A DNA stretch of 64,000 nt from the human T2T-CHM13v2.0 reference genome, Homo sapiens. The notes under the pieces were generated by a model. It was not told the DNA's origin, made no database searches, and was given only the letters and a program-made list of their open reading frames with translations. How positions within the stretch are numbered: position 1 is the stretch's first letter; the number at the start of each line of letters is the position of its first letter. Position numbers and translations under genes: made by a program. The DNA lies in NCBI RefSeq assembly GCF_009914755.1, contig NC_060930.1; one strand, 5' to 3'. Shown here piece after piece: positions 1-19,210 of the stretch.

Positions 1-41
1 CAACATGAGATTTAGAGGGGACACATATCCAAACTATATCA
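1..41. mobile_element. Terminus of an MST-type MaLR LTR
   Basis: caacatgagatttagaggggacacatatccaaactatatca resembles the MST/THE1 LTR end. Confidence 0.65.
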
Positions 42-114
42 AGCTATTTCTTTATAATGTGAATAGTCCAGAGATTGGAATCAATGTTGTGTTAGTTTTA
101 AAACCATTGGTTAT

Positions 115-391
115 TTCTTTTTTTGAGACAGAGTCCCATTCTGTCGCTTAGTCTAGAGTACAGTGGCATGATCATAACTCACTGCAGCCTCCAACTCCTG
201 GGCCCAAGTGTTCCTTCCAAGTAGCTAGAACCATAGGCGTGTGCCACCATGCTCAGCTAACTTTTGTATTTTTGTAGAAACAGAGTTTCCCTATATTGCC
301 CAGGCTGGTCTCAAACTCCTGGATCAAGAGATCCTCCCACCTTGGCCTCCCAAAGTGCTGGGATTACAGGTGTGAACCACTGCACCTGGCT
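115..391 (-). mobile_element. Alu (old, J-like)
   Basis: polyT + gagacagagtc...gggattacaggtgtgaaccactgcacctggc. Confidence 0.9.
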
Positions 392-1076
392 GGCATGTGT
401 GATACATGCTGAAATTATACTGTGTATATTACACACATATGAATGAAATTATACTATGTGTATTATAATTGTGGCTTACATTTTTTCACTTAACAGTTTG
501 TTTTGGAGATCTTTTCATGTCAATATATATAAATCTACCTCATTCTTTATAACTGTTTTCATAGTAAGGACAGGCCATAGTTTATTTGATTGACCTAATA
601 ATGAAATTAGAAATGGAGATTTCTAGGTTTTTTTTTTCTGTAGCAAACAATGCTGCAAGGAATACCCTGCACATGTTTGTGTACATCTCTTTGTACATGT
701 TTCAATAAATACCCAGAGGTAGAATTTTAATTCTGTATGTTATCATGGGGCCTTCAGTATAATGGAATTTCCCTTGTCTACACTGCTCTCTCTGACCTGG
801 GAAAATGCAGTAAATATCTTCTAGATAATTTAGATTTCTGTAGTTGTCTAAAATGAGTCTTATGTTCTTATTTTGGAGATTTGTGATTATTCAGTTTGGT
901 GCAGAATGAAACGTAGAAGTACATGGTGGTATCATCAACTTGGCATGTAGCTAGCTGCCTTTGCCTAGATGGTAAGAAATAATAGAACCATAAAGGCTTT
1001 GGGGTAATCCATTCAGGTAGGAAACGCAAATTTATATTACTAAAATTTTATCTCTTGGCCCCTCTGTGAGTTTTGA

Positions 1077-1425
<349 letters not shown>

Positions 1426-1552
1426 TTAATTGTACATTTTTGACAGTAGTTAACCTTATATGATTTATGTATTGTGAAGATAGAGAACTTTCCTGTCTCA
1501 CTAGAAATTTCCCTGTCATTGGCTCCAGCCGCCTAGGTAACCACTGTGTTGA

Positions 1553-2212
<660 letters not shown>

Positions 2213-2585
2213 GTTCTAGATCTTATAAAAATGAAATTGTAGTCCTTTTGTGCCTGGCTTCTTCTCAGCATAATGTCTGTCAGATTTATCCATGATGTAA
2301 TGATTATTAGAAGTTGGTTCCATTTTATTGCTGAGTGTATTTCATTGTATAAATGTGCCACAGTTGCCTACAATCTGTTGTTCTGTTGATGAACATTCGA
2401 GTTGTTTCTAAGTTTTGGCTATTATGAATAAAACTTCTATGACCTTCTCTTTTTTAAATGTGCAACACATTAAAATATTAGGCATTGTTATTCTATACTT
2501 AACCACATTTTAATGTGTTTTATATACCAAATAACATAAATTTTGCACTGTTAAAAATCTGCAGCTTTTAATGATACATTTTAAG

Positions 2586-2907
<322 letters not shown>

Positions 2908-3777
2908 TTATTTATATTAAGACACCATAAGATAGGCCTTCTAGACTGTAATAATACAGTGAATACTCTTACTTGATACATTGGTTTCAGGATATTACCA
3001 TTTTTATTCAAGTGTTTTTGTGGACATATGTTTTAATTTTTCTTGGATAAATTCCTAAGAGTGGAATTTCTGGGTAAAAGGGCAGGTATATGTTGAACTT
3101 AATAAAAACTGCTAAACCTTTTTTCCAAAAGGATTTTATCTTCTCCTCTAGTAATGTACGAAAGTTCCTGTTGTTTCATATCCTTACCAATAGGTGATGT
3201 TGTCAGACTTTTTTTTTAACAAAACAGGAAGACTGTGTTTAATACAGTATGAAATATTTCTTAATTGCAATTATTGTATTATTCCTTACAGAAAAAAACA
3301 CAAGTCCTTAAAATAATAACCTCATTTAAATTTAAGTTTAATGCATCATACTATTTAAATATCTGCCAGCATATACTACATAGACTGTTTAATTTGCCAT
3401 TCTATTTAATGATATCTCATTATAGTTCTTTTTTTCTTTTTAAAATTAAAAAAAAAGTCAGTGCGTTTTGGGTATCATTATAGTTTAAATTTTCCTTAAT
3501 GACGATTTTCCATGTGCTTATTGCCCATTCATCCAGCTTCTCTTGTGAAGTTATTGTTAAGGTCTTTTGTCCATTTTTGGGTTGTTTATCTTTTCATTAT
3601 CTTTATTCACTTTTGGAGTTCTTTATTCTGAATACAAGTCCTTCGTCAGACTCATTTTGTGACTATTTTCTCCTAGGCTGTGGCTTGTTTCTATGGTGGC
3701 TTTTGATGACAGAAGTTTTTAATTTTAATGTTCAATTTACCACTTTTTTTCATGATTATTGTTCTTGTGTCCAGTAA

Positions 3778-4873
<1,096 letters not shown>

Positions 4874-6655
4874 TTGAGTTGCTTTGATATCTTATAAAAA
4901 ATCACTTAACCATAAAGTGTGGGTCCATTTCTGAACAGTAATCTAGTTCATTCATTGCTATGTCTATTCTTATGTCAAAGACATTACTTTGATTATTGCA
5001 GCTTTATAATAAGTCTTGAACTGATTAGTGTAAGTCTTCCATTTTTGTTCCTTTAAAGTTTGTTTTGTCTATTTCATGTCTTTTGCATTTTATAAATTTT
5101 AAAATTAGTTTGTAAATTTCTGTTTTTAAGAAAGACTACCAAGATTAAGATTAGGATTGCATTGAATCTATAGATTAGTTTGGGGTTAATTGACATTTTA
5201 ACAATACTGAGTTTCCCAAGTCCATAAACATTTTATCTCTCTTCATTTATTAAGGCCTTCTTTAATTCCTTTTAGCAAAGTCTTATAGTTTTTATATAGA
5301 AGTTGTACATGCCTTCTGTTATATTTGTTCCTAAATAATTTATGATATTTTTTCTGAATTTTAGTGTCCGTTTATTTTCTGCCATTATAAAGAAATACAG
5401 CTGGTTTCTGATATTAACTTTTACCCTGTGACCTTGCTAAATTCACTTGCTAGTTCTGGTGTTTTTGTTTTGTTTTTTGTTTCTTAGGATTTTCCTATAA
5501 TTATGTCTTCTATGAATGGAGACAGTTTTACTTTTTCTTTTCTAATCTTTTTGCCTTTCTTGTGCTCCATTGCTCTGGTGAAAGTGGATATTCTTTCCTT
5601 GTTCCCAATCTTAGGGAGAAATTCAGTCTTTCACTATTAAATATGATGTTAAGTATAATTGTCTCATACAACTTTTATCTCATTGAGGAAGTTCCCTTCT
5701 ATTCCTAGTTTACCTAGGTTTTTAAAAAAATCATAAATGACTATTTCATGTTGTCAAGTACCTTTACTGCATCTATTGAGATGATCATAGTTTTTCTTTT
5801 TTATTCCATTAGTTTGGTTGATTGCATTGTTTGATTTTTCACATTTTTTTATTACTGGATGAATCCGGCTCTATTATCATGAATTATAACTTTTGTATAT
5901 TGCTGGATTCAACTCGTTAATGTTGTGTGAAGGATTTTTGTCTCTGTGTTCCATAGAATATACCCATCTGGCATTCTCTTGTAATGTGTTTGTCCGGTCT
6001 TGGTTGTTAGGGTTATACTGGCCTTGTAAAACGAATTGGGATATATTCCTTCTTCCTTATTTCTGGAAGTATTTATGTAAAATTGGTATGACTTTTTCTT
6101 AAATGTTTGATAGAATGTGCCAGTAAAATAAATCATCAAGGCCTAGGGTTTTTTTGCAAGGAAGTATTTGGTAACGATTCAATTTCTTTGATGTTTATTA
6201 GGGTTTTTTATAATTTTATTTCATCTTCTGTCAGTTTTGGCACTATATATTTTTCAAGGAATATATTTCATCATATAATGTCAAATTGACATAAAATTGT
6301 GCCTATTTCCTTTTGCTTTTGATGTCTGTGGTGTCTATAATGATGTCTCTTTCATTCCTGGTAATAGTAATTTGTATTTTGTCTTTCAAATCAATTTAAT
6401 TTTGTCAAATAATAAGTTTTTAGCTTTGTTATTTTTGTCTTTTATCTATTTTGTTTTATTGATTTCTACTCTTATTATTCTTCCTTCTGCTTAGTTTGGA
6501 TTTATGGTCTTATATTTTTTGACCCACAGGTTATTTAGAAGTGCATTGCTAAACTTCCATGTATTTGAGGCTTTCTTAGATAACATATTGTAACTTATTT
6601 CTAACAAAATTACACATTCTGTATGGTTTCAGTTTTGAAATTTATTGAAACTTGT
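4874..6655 (-). mobile_element. Old L1 (L1M) fragment, antisense ORF2 region; further pieces at ~440-740, 2215-2450, 3010-3820, 6950-7400
   Basis: Minus-strand ORF remnant PNSFYKASITL..K...N...KIL typical of L1 ORF2; T-rich L1 antisense signatures (gattgcattgaatctatagat, gaggaagttcccttctattcctagttt). Confidence 0.8.
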
Positions 6656-6660
6656 TTTAT

Positions 6661-6949
6661 GGACCCAGCAAGGTGGCTCACGCTTGTAATCCTGGCACTT
6701 TGGAGGGCTAAACTGGGTGGATAGCTTGAGCCCAGGAGTTCAAGACCAGCCTGGGCAACATGTCGAAACCCCATCTCTACCAAAAAAAAAAAAATACAAA
6801 AATTAGCTGGACATAGTGGAGCACACCTGTAGTCCCAGCTATGTGGGAGGTTGAGTTGAGCCCAGGAGTGGGAGGTTGCAGCGAGTTGAGATTGTACCAT
6901 GGTGCTCTAGCCTGGGCAACACAGCCAGACCTTGTCTCAACAAACAAAA
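6661..6949 (+). mobile_element. Alu (J-like), TSD ttgaaacttgtttt
   Basis: Alu dimer with direct repeat at the flanks. Confidence 0.88.
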
Positions 6950-7404
6950 CTTGAAACTTGTTTTATGGTTCGGCAACATGGTCAGTCTTATTCCATGTGC
7001 ATTTGAAAAGAAGGTATATTTTGCAGTAGTTGGATGTAATTATTGATATGCTTATAATTATTAATGTATTTGTTGATTTAGGTCTACCATTTGCTATTTG
7101 TTTTCAGTTTGTCTCTCTTTTTTTTTTTTTTTTTTTTTTTGTTCCTCTGTTCCTAATTTTCCTAACTGTGTGCTGCCTTTTGGGTTAATTAGAATTGTAG
7201 CATTTCGTTTTGATTATTTTTTTGGCTCTTTAGCTGTTCTCTCACATTTTTTAAAATGGTAACTCTAGGGATTATAATATGCATCTTTAATTTATCAAAG
7301 TCTGTTTTTACTACTTCGTGTAAAATAAACGAACCTTGCATTTATAGTTACATTTATTCCTCTCATCTTTTCTGCTTCTTGTCATATATATTGCACCTAT
7401 AAAC

Positions 7405-7704
7405 TTTTTTTTTTTTTTTTTTTTGAGACAGAGTCTCACTCTGTCGCTGAGGCTGGAGTGCAGTGGCGCAATCTCGGCTCACTGCAACCTCGCCTCCCAG
7501 ACTCAAGTGATTCTCCTGCCTCAGCCTCCCGAGTAGCTGGGATTACAGGCACCGCCACCACGCCTGGCTAATTTTTGTATTTTTAGTAGAGACGGGGTTT
7601 CACCATGTTGGCCAGGCTGGTCTTGAACTCCTGACCTCAGGTAATCCACCTGCCTGAGCCTCCCAAAGTGCTGGAATTACAGGCATGAGCCACCATGCCC
7701 GGCC
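7405..7704 (-). mobile_element. Alu (Sx-like)
   Basis: Full dimer, T20 tail, tataaac TSD. Confidence 0.92.
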
Positions 7705-7857
7705 AAAATGTTATAAACCTTACAATGCAATGTTACAATTTTTGCTTTAACACATTAGTCTTTTAAAGATATTAAGAAAAGACAGGAAAAAATATGTATA
7801 AGCATTAATATTAACCCACATATATCTTGCTCCCAGGGATCTTCATTCTTTCCTGGA

Positions 7858-8335
7858 CTAGAGGTTGGGAAGCTTTTTCTGTAAAGATCCAAGTAGAAAA
7901 TATATTTGCAGTCTTTGTTGCATATTCTTCTTTTAATTTTTTTTCTTTCTTTTTTTGAGATGGAGTCTTGCTCTGTCCATTTCCCAGGCTGGAGTATAGT
8001 GGCATAACCACAGCTTACTGCAGCCTTGACCTCCCAGGTTCAAGCAATCCTCTCACCTCAGCCTCCCAAGTAGCTGAGACTACAGGTGCATGCTGCCATG
8101 CCTGGCTAATTTTTAAATTTTTTGTAGAGATGGGGTCTCACCGTGTTGCCAGGGCTGGTCTCAAACTCCTGGGCTCAAGTGATCCTCCCGCCTCAGCCTC
8201 CCAAAGTTCTGGGATTACAGGCATGAACCACCAAGCCCAGACTTCTTTTTTTAAATAGCTGTTTAAACATGTAAAAATCATTCTTAGTTGCAGGTTGAAC
8301 CAGAGGCTGTGGACCATTGTTGTTGACTTTTACTG
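7858..8335. mobile_element. MER58-like hAT DNA transposon interrupted by an antisense Alu (~7936-8240)
   Basis: agaggttgggaagctttttctgtaaag...gtagaaaatatattt start and catgtaaaaatcattcttagttg continuation. Confidence 0.6.
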
Positions 8336-8389
8336 TGGATTCTAATTATTAGTTATCTCAGTTTATGTTTATCTGAACATGTTTTTATT

Positions 8390-8431
8390 GTCTATGGCCA
8401 TACCACCCTGAATGTGCCCGATCTCATCTGA
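8390..8431 (+). pseudogene. 5S rRNA pseudogene fragment (first 42 nt; tailless retropseudogene)
   Basis: GTCTATGGCCATACCACCCTGAATGTGCCCGATCTCATCTGA vs 5S 5' end GTCTACGGCCATACCACCCTGAACGCGCCCGATCTCGTCTGA; the 4 differences are all CpG transitions; flanked by a ~19-bp direct repeat. Confidence 0.9.
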
Positions 8432-8477
8432 AAATGTTTTTATTTTGCACTTATTTTTTCTCCCTTTTTTTATTCTG

Positions 8478-9447
8478 GGAAAAACACACTCTTTCTCTAC
8501 ATTCTCATGCAACGCTTCTGACACCAGGTATGTGGGTTTTTTTACCCTAAGGATTTCTCCAACTCTGAATATTGGCTGGGTATCTTACAATTTAATTCAA
8601 TTCAACTCTGACCCTGTCTACCAGGTGTTATTGTCAGAATCCAAAGGCTAAGAGCTCAGTTTCACAAGTCTGCCCCCTACTTTAGACACCAGTTGCAATT
8701 AATGGTCATCTATACTTCTGATTGACTGGCTATATATTGGGGTCTCCATTAGCTCCTCTTTGGGTTGGATTAAGTTGCTAGGACAGCTTACAGATATTAT
8801 AAAGGATACAGAAGAACAGCCAGATGGAAGAGACTTAATAGGGCAAGGTGTGGGAGAAAGGGTGAGGAGCTTCCATGCCCTCTCTGGGCATGCCACCCTC
8901 CTAACACCTCAGTCCCAGGGTGAAGTTCCAGCAACTTGGAAGTTCATTAAACTTTGTCGAATTTTTATAGGGGCCAGGCATGGTGGCTCATACCTGTAAT
9001 CCCAGCACTTTGGAAGACCGAGGTAGGAGAATCACTTGAAGCTAGAAGTTTAAGACTAGCCTGGACAACATACCAAGATGCTGTCTCTGCAAAGGAAAAA
9101 TAGCCAGGCATAGTGGCTTGAGCCAGTAGTTCCATCTACTCGGGAGGCTGAAGTGGGAGGATTGCTCAAACCCAGGAGTTTAAGGTTGCAGTGAGCTGTG
9201 ATCAGGCCACACTGCACTCCAGCCTGGGTGACAGAGCTAGACCCTATCCCAAGAAACAACAACAACAACAAAAAGTTTTTATAATAAAGAGCTTAATCTC
9301 CAACCCCACCCCTCCCCTCTTCCGAGATTTTGGTGGGTGAGTCTGAAAGCTCCAGCCCTCTTGGTCGTGGTCTTTCTGGTAACTGGCCCTGTACTGAGGC
9401 TGTCTAGGGGCTCTACACTAAGTCACCTCACAAGCATAAACTCAGAT
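8478..9447. mobile_element. MER21-family LTR, interrupted by a sense Alu (~8972-9275); remainder at ~11825-11982 after an L1/Alu insertion
   Basis: cttctgacacc...aattcaattcaactctgac...agtcacctcacaagcataaactcag, and the later aggaaccaggggcaggaaccaatatagatttcttatttta end. Confidence 0.65.
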
Positions 9448-11841
<2,394 letters not shown>

Positions 11842-12734
11842 TCACCCAGGGGATTTCTGTGTCTGTAACTAGGGTTAAAGACTAAATTTTAGCCCATCTA
11901 CTAGCACCCTTATCTACAAGAGTTTTAGGAGCCTGGTGTCAGGAACCAGGGGCAGGAACCAATATAGATTTCTTATTTTACACTCCCCATTTCATTTCAT
12001 GGAATTGTCTAGATTCTCTTAAGATATGATCTATAAATGTATCTAACTGGCAGTATGAAGAAAGCAAATGAAACAACTCAGGGCACCCCAACCAACCTTT
12101 TGAAACTCTTCAGTCAGGATATCTTATGGGCCATATGTGTTGTGTGAATACCAGAAATAGGGGCCATGTGAGGAGACCTGTATCATTCAGTGCAGTGAAC
12201 CTATAGAAGGTTTAATTTCCCTTTTTAGTTAAAATTTAAGTAGAAATGTAAGTTCAAATATTGTCTTCTTGCATTTCAGTTGATACTTCTGCCTTTCTAG
12301 GGATGTATACATATCACTTTGAAGACCCTTGGTCTCAAATACCTGTTTGGAAGAAGTTATTTGAAATTCCAATATATGAATCTTAAGAATTCATAAATAT
12401 TTTGAGTATATTTCATATACATCTATGTGTTTTAATGTGTAATGTGATTTCCACAAATCTATGGGAAAACACACCATTACATTAAAATTTACTGTTCTAA
12501 TAATATGTGCCTTGAAAGACTCCCTAGCACACATCCATTATGGAGACGCAGGTCCTTAAACTGCTTTCATTGATCAAAGATCTGACAGATCTTTGGGAAT
12601 GATACTTCCTTTTTTAAAACACCAAAAAACTTCACGTTTTCATTCTTTTAGGATGGATTCCAATTTGAAATAATTCTGTTGTGAAATATATAGTTATTTT
12701 CTGACACTTTGATTTTTTTTTTTTAACTTTACAG

Positions 12735-12813
12735 AGACTGTGCAGTTGATCCAACTTGTGTTTTGTGCATGGAGTGCTTTTTGGGAAGTATTCACAGAGA
12801 TCATCGATATAGG
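12735..12813 (+). CDS. UBR2: UBR2 exon 3 (79 nt), UBR box: (R)[26 protein letters not shown]
   Basis: tttacag|AGAC...TATAGG|gttagt; Cys/His zinc-ligand pattern of the UBR box. Confidence 0.96.
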
Positions 12814-13476
12814 GTTAGTAATGTCCAAATAATAACCATGCGCAGTATTGCATTTTATAATAAATATCTTTTCTTTCTTTTCAAAATGCAAAGATTTAAC
12901 ACTAAAATGGGGGGAGGGTGGTTTAAACAGTGTGTTTATTTAAATACCATTGGATATAGGGTGCCAGTGTAGAAACAAATTATGAATCCACACTTCTTGG
13001 AGCATATGATTTAAAAAAGATAATAGAGATATCAGCTCTTCTGTATTGGTTTTCAACTAGTTTGTTTTTGCTATTTTTTAATGTTTATTAAAGAGGCATC
13101 TACTACAATGTAGGAGAGGACCCAACTCCAGCACCTACGACCCACCAGTTTAGTATTTTTTCACTGCTGTAATGCTGTCAGTACTTTTCAAAATTCAGGT
13201 ATGTTTGTTTGCTTTTAAGTCAGGGACACAGATAAATACAGATTATTCCAAATCCTGTCCTGGTTCCTCTATTGGAAATTGAAGACAGACCATGGAGATT
13301 CAAAGGGTAGGGTTGTTAGATGGAACTTTTCACCCTAATCATAAAACAGAATGGTAGAGAGGAATATTTTAATATTATTCTTAATTCAGGAGCCCATCTG
13401 GGTCAGAACTTTTCCTCCTGTTTGTTTTTATTTACTCTACCCAGGAGTTCATAATAATGAACTAAAACAGCTACGG

Positions 13477-13801
<325 letters not shown>

Positions 13802-14774
13802 CTACTTATATTCTTGTCTGTTCATTAGTCTCATAAATCAGTAAAAGAGGCCCAGTTTCCTTTAAGCTGTTCTGCCTGTGTTTGGTAACTGAAACAAGCA
13901 CGTGTCATTTTCCAAATGACTCCTACCCACATTTCTTGGCATATATCTTTGCATTCCCTGGGAATAGTTGTCATTTATAGGGTTACATTAATTATATTGT
14001 GATATATAACACAAATACTTACTTTGGGCAGAATATAATAGGGCTTATTCTAAAATTTGCTGTATCTAATACCTGTTAGTAAGCTCTTCCTCATACTATT
14101 TTAAGAAAAGCAGAATTTCTAGTCTACCAATTATTAATTCTGGTTCTGTGATGCCAGATTTCTTAAATCATTGCCCTGTCTTAAGGAATTATGAATAATT
14201 CCTGAACATTGCAGGTGGTGAAAAGCTTTTATTAGGCAGTCTACTTTTGCATTTCCTGAGCCCCTATTACTTGTCCTTTCAAAGAGTGGCTATTTAAGGT
14301 GTATTAGAGAAGAAAAATTAACTATTTCTATAGTCTTTGTTGGTTAATTTCTCCAAAGCAAATGCAGCACCCTTAGACTCTAGGAGACAGCAACTAGAGG
14401 AATCTGTATAACCCCTGAGTCTATTGTGTTTATAGCATCACAACCTGTAGCGTAGATATCAGCATTATACCAATTTAACCAAAACCCAGCAAGAAAACCC
14501 TTGTGATCCTCATGATTTTCCTAATTAAGGAAGTCATGTAGGCAAACATTACAAAGTAGCTTATTTTATTTTGAAATCACTTAGATTAGCTTATAGGCTT
14601 ATTTAAAATAAACTTTAAAACATTGAGAGGTTTGGCATTTTATCTAATTTTATGCCTCCAAAGAAATTAAACACTTAAGCAATGGTATTTCCTTAGCACT
14701 TGATATTCTTATTTATTATCTGATAGCCCTCAGTAAATATTTATTGACAAGATACTTTACAATTTTTTTCCAAG

Positions 14775-14888
14775 ATGACAACATCAGGAGGTGGAGGTTT
14801 CTGTGACTGTGGTGATACTGAAGCCTGGAAAGAGGGTCCTTACTGTCAAAAACATGAACTTAACACCTCTGAAATTGAGGAAGAAGAG
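14775..14888 (+). CDS. UBR2: UBR2 exon 4 (114 nt), UBR box: [38 protein letters not shown]
   Basis: ccaag|ATG...GAG|gtaaaa; hallmark [11 protein letters not shown] motif; missing from the ORF track because it is short. Confidence 0.97.
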
Positions 14889-15584
14889 GTAAAAACATTT
14901 TCACAAAGTTGTTTTTAACCCAAGTTTGAAATATTTTGAGAAATAGTCATTAGATGATGTGAGAAATGGATAAGCAAATAGTACTTCCACTATTGACAGT
15001 GACTAGTTTACTTTGAAAGTTCTTTGCATTTTGTGGATGCTGTACGGTTGCTAATAGTACACAGTTGAAATTTGGGAAATTTCATTTAATTCTGATTTTT
15101 TATTTGGTTGGGGTTTTGTTTTAAGCATACTTGAAGTTTATTTGAGTACTAACCTATGGTTGAGAGGATTATTTTTCCCATATGTGTAGACCAGTTAACC
15201 AAGTTGAGTTTTGTATATCTTTATTATAACAAAGACTTTTGGGGCCAGATAGCTTTCTTTTCTGTTACCATACATGACAGCCAATCCCAATCATCATCTC
15301 CTGGTTTCCATTATCATTGGTTATGTGATGGGACCATGTGTAGTGATGATAGCTCAGTACAAATAATTCCCACTGCTTACTGTGTTTTTCAAATTGTTGA
15401 TCCTGCATTATTTTTCTTAAATGGATTTGTAATGGAATAGTAGAGTCCCACAAAATAAATGCTTAAATCTCTGCTGCTTTTTTTAAAACTTCAAAAACTT
15501 TCCATATATTTCTAATAACTCACTTAACTGTAATTATACAATGATTAAATCTTTCAATGGTATGCTACAATAGATTATGTTTTA

Positions 15585-15890
15585 TTATTTTTAATTGACA
15601 ATAATTGTACATATTTATGGGGTACAGCGTGATATTTATGGGGCACAGTGTGATATTTTGATACATATATACAATGTGTAATGAGCAAATCAGGGTAATT
15701 AACATATCCATCACCTCAAGCATTTAACATTATTTGGTTTTGGAAACCTTCACCATCCGCTCTTCTAGCTATTTGAAAATATACAGTAAATTGTTAATTA
15801 TAGTCATGCTATAGTGCTGTAGAACATTAGAACTCATTCTTCCTATCTAGCTTTGTTCTTGTATCCGTTAGCCAACCTGTGGCAGTCCCT
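15585..15890 (-). mobile_element. L1MA-type 3' end, with an internal 21-bp tandem duplication (atatttatgggg[t/c]acag[c/t]gtg x2)
   Basis: aattgtacatatttatggggtaca...caaatcagggtaatt...tccatcacctcaagcattt. Confidence 0.75.
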
Positions 15891-16048
15891 CTTCTGCTAC
15901 ATTTTATGACAATTTGTTGTATAGTTCAAGATCCTTCTTTCAGATTTTATTTTTAAATGGCAGGGGAATAGGTACACTCAAGTACGTCTACATTGTTAGT
16001 AGGCCTGATATAGATTTGGGGCAAGTGGACATCAATAGTCCTTCCTCA

Positions 16049-16320
16049 GCCAGGCAAGGTGGCTCATACCTGTAATACCAATACTTTGGGAAGCCAAGGC
16101 GGGTGGATCACTTTAACCCAGGAGTTTGAGACCAGCCTGGGCAAATGGCAAAACCCCATCCCTACAAAAAATACAAAAATTAGTTGGGTGTGGTGGCACG
16201 TGCCTGTGGTCCCAGCCACTTGGGTTGGGGGTGCTGAAGTGGGATCCGCTTGAGCCATAGGAGGCAGAGGTTGCAGCAAGCCAAGATCATGACCCTGTCT
16301 TTAAAAAAAAAAAAAAAAAA
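16049..16320 (+). mobile_element. Alu (J-like, internal deletion)
   Basis: Alu consensus with A18 tail. Confidence 0.88.
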
Positions 16321-16689
16321 GTTCTTCCTGGTACCCATATCCTACAGGTCTCAAATATATTTTATCAGAATGACCAAAGCTTTTGATGTACAAATCAAAA
16401 TTTATACAAAATGATTCAGTGCTATGGAAAACATGTTTTGTTTTTCATTTGCTTTGTGAAAGGGTTCTGTAATTTGCTACAGTAAGATGCCAAGTGGTCA
16501 AGGTTCCAGATTTTTCCACTTCTATTGGAGAAGCTCCATTTTTATATAGTTGATTGGGGTTCTGTATGTAGAAATACAGGACAAATAAAGATATATTTGA
16601 AAAAAAAGAATTGTGCTTTAGAAAAAGGTTAAAAACCACTGGTATAAAACTTTAGGACTGCAGGAGAAAGTATATGTGTGTATATCCAA

Positions 16690-17585
16690 GCCATGTATCC
16701 AAAAAGGATCTAGTATGCAGAGTTTATATCTTACAACTCAGCAAGTAAAAAGATAACCCAATTTAAAAATGGGCAAAAGACTTGAATAGACATTTTTACA
16801 GAGAAGATATATGAATAATCAACAAACACATGAAAAGATGCTGAACATCATTAGTCATTAGGGAAATGCAAAATCAAAACCACAGTGAGATACTGCTTCA
16901 CCCTCAGTAAGATGACTATTAAAGTAATAACAAGTATTGACAAGGATATAGAGAAATTAGAACCCTTGTATATTGCTAGTGGAAATATAAAATGATTCAG
17001 TGCTGTGGAAAACAGTTTGGCTGTTCCTCAAAATATTAAACATTACCGTATATTTCACACCTAGATATATACCCAAAAGAACTGAAAACCGAAGTTGAGC
17101 AAGTACATGCACACACATGTTGTAGCAATGTTGTTCACAATAGTCAAAAGGTAGAAACAGCCCAAATGTCCATCAGTGAATGAATGGATAAACAAATTGT
17201 GATAATATACATACAATGGAATATTTTTCGTCCATAAAAAGGAATGAAGAACTGATACATGCTACAACATGCATGAACCTCTAAAACATATTAAGTGAAA
17301 GACGCTAGACTCAAAAGGTCACATATTGTATGATTCCTTTTATATGAAATATTCAGAATAGGTAAATCTGTAGAGAGAAAAAACAGATTGGTAGTTGCCA
17401 GGGGCTGGGGAAGAGGAAAATGGAGAGAAATGGCTTAGTAGGTAAGGGGTTTTACTTTGGAGTGATGGAAATGTTTTGGAACTAGATTGTAGTAGTTGCA
17501 CGTTATAATAAATGTACCAAGTACCACTGAGTTGTTCACTTTAAAATGGTTAATTTTATGTTCTGTAAATGTCATGTCATTTATT
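16690..17585 (+). mobile_element. L1MB-type 3' region
   Basis: aaaatgggcaaaagacttgaatagacattt, catcattagtcattagggaaatgcaa, cccaaatgtccatcagtgaatgaatggataaac. Confidence 0.85.
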
Positions 17586-17898
17586 TGGAAAAGATACTTT
17601 AGGACTTCTGTTACCTTTTTTATCCCTGTGTTAGAGTAGACTTAAAATAATTTTCTAATGAAAAGTTTTGAATCTGCCTACATTTGCTCTGTTGGCTTTA
17701 TCCTCATACATTAGTGGGATGGCTATCCAACAGTCCAAGCTCTACTTAATTTCCTGAATTTTAAGACGACACCAGCAAGCTCCCCTGCCTAGCCAAAAGT
17801 CATACAATCCTGCCTGGAGAATGTATACTCCTGGAACTAGACAAAGAATAAAGCCTTCCAAACTCTACCATTTAATTTATATTTAAGAGTTTAATTAA

Positions 17899-18611
<713 letters not shown>

Positions 18612-18728
18612 CTACATCTTCCGAAAAAGCTGGGGGAAACCTGGTGATATAGAAATGCTATGCAGGAGTTCCACAGGTCTTCTCATCTCTTTGCATTTGG
18701 GGGTGAGATATTTCTTCATTGTATAGGA

Positions 18729-19030
18729 CAGGGTTCAGCAAGCTCTGACTCCTACAAGCCAAATCTTGTCCACAACCTGTTCTTGTGTCTGTTTTTAAAT
18801 AGTTGAAAAAAATCAACAGAATTGTATTTTGTGACATGAGAAAATTATATGAAATCCAAATTTTAGTGTCCATAAATAAAATGTTATTGAAGCACAGTCA
18901 TGCTTAAATTTTAACGTAGTATTTGTAGTTGTTTTCCCATTACAAACAAAATTGAGTAGTTGCAGCAGAGACCCTATAGCCTGCTAAGACTAAAGTACTA
19001 TCTCCTTTACAGAAAAAGTTTGTTGACCCT
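18729..19030. mobile_element. MER58B-like hAT DNA transposon
   Basis: Terminal inverted ends cagggttcagcaa...ttgttgaccct; internal gtccataaataaaatgttattgaagcacagtcatgc. Confidence 0.75.
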
Positions 19031-19049
19031 AGGTGTAGGCTACTGAAAG

Positions 19050-19210
19050 CATTGTGTTTCGCCTACTCAGTTCCCACTCCCTAGATGTCACTAGCATCTT
19101 CCACTACAGTGACAGAAAAAAATGCCCAGCTAGGTTTGCAAATGGCCCCTTGGGGTGTGGGAGTGAGTAGGGAGGGTGGTGAGATGTACCTCTCCCATTT
19201 GAGAACCAAC
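19050..19210. mobile_element. MER20-like fragment
   Basis: ctagatgtcactagcatc...gtgacagaaaaaaatgccc...ttgagaacca. Confidence 0.5.

Noticed and set aside
19152-19177. G-quadruplex-like motif ggggtgtgggagtgagtagggaggg
   Set aside because: One loop is 8 nt, it lies inside a DNA-transposon remnant, and such motifs are common
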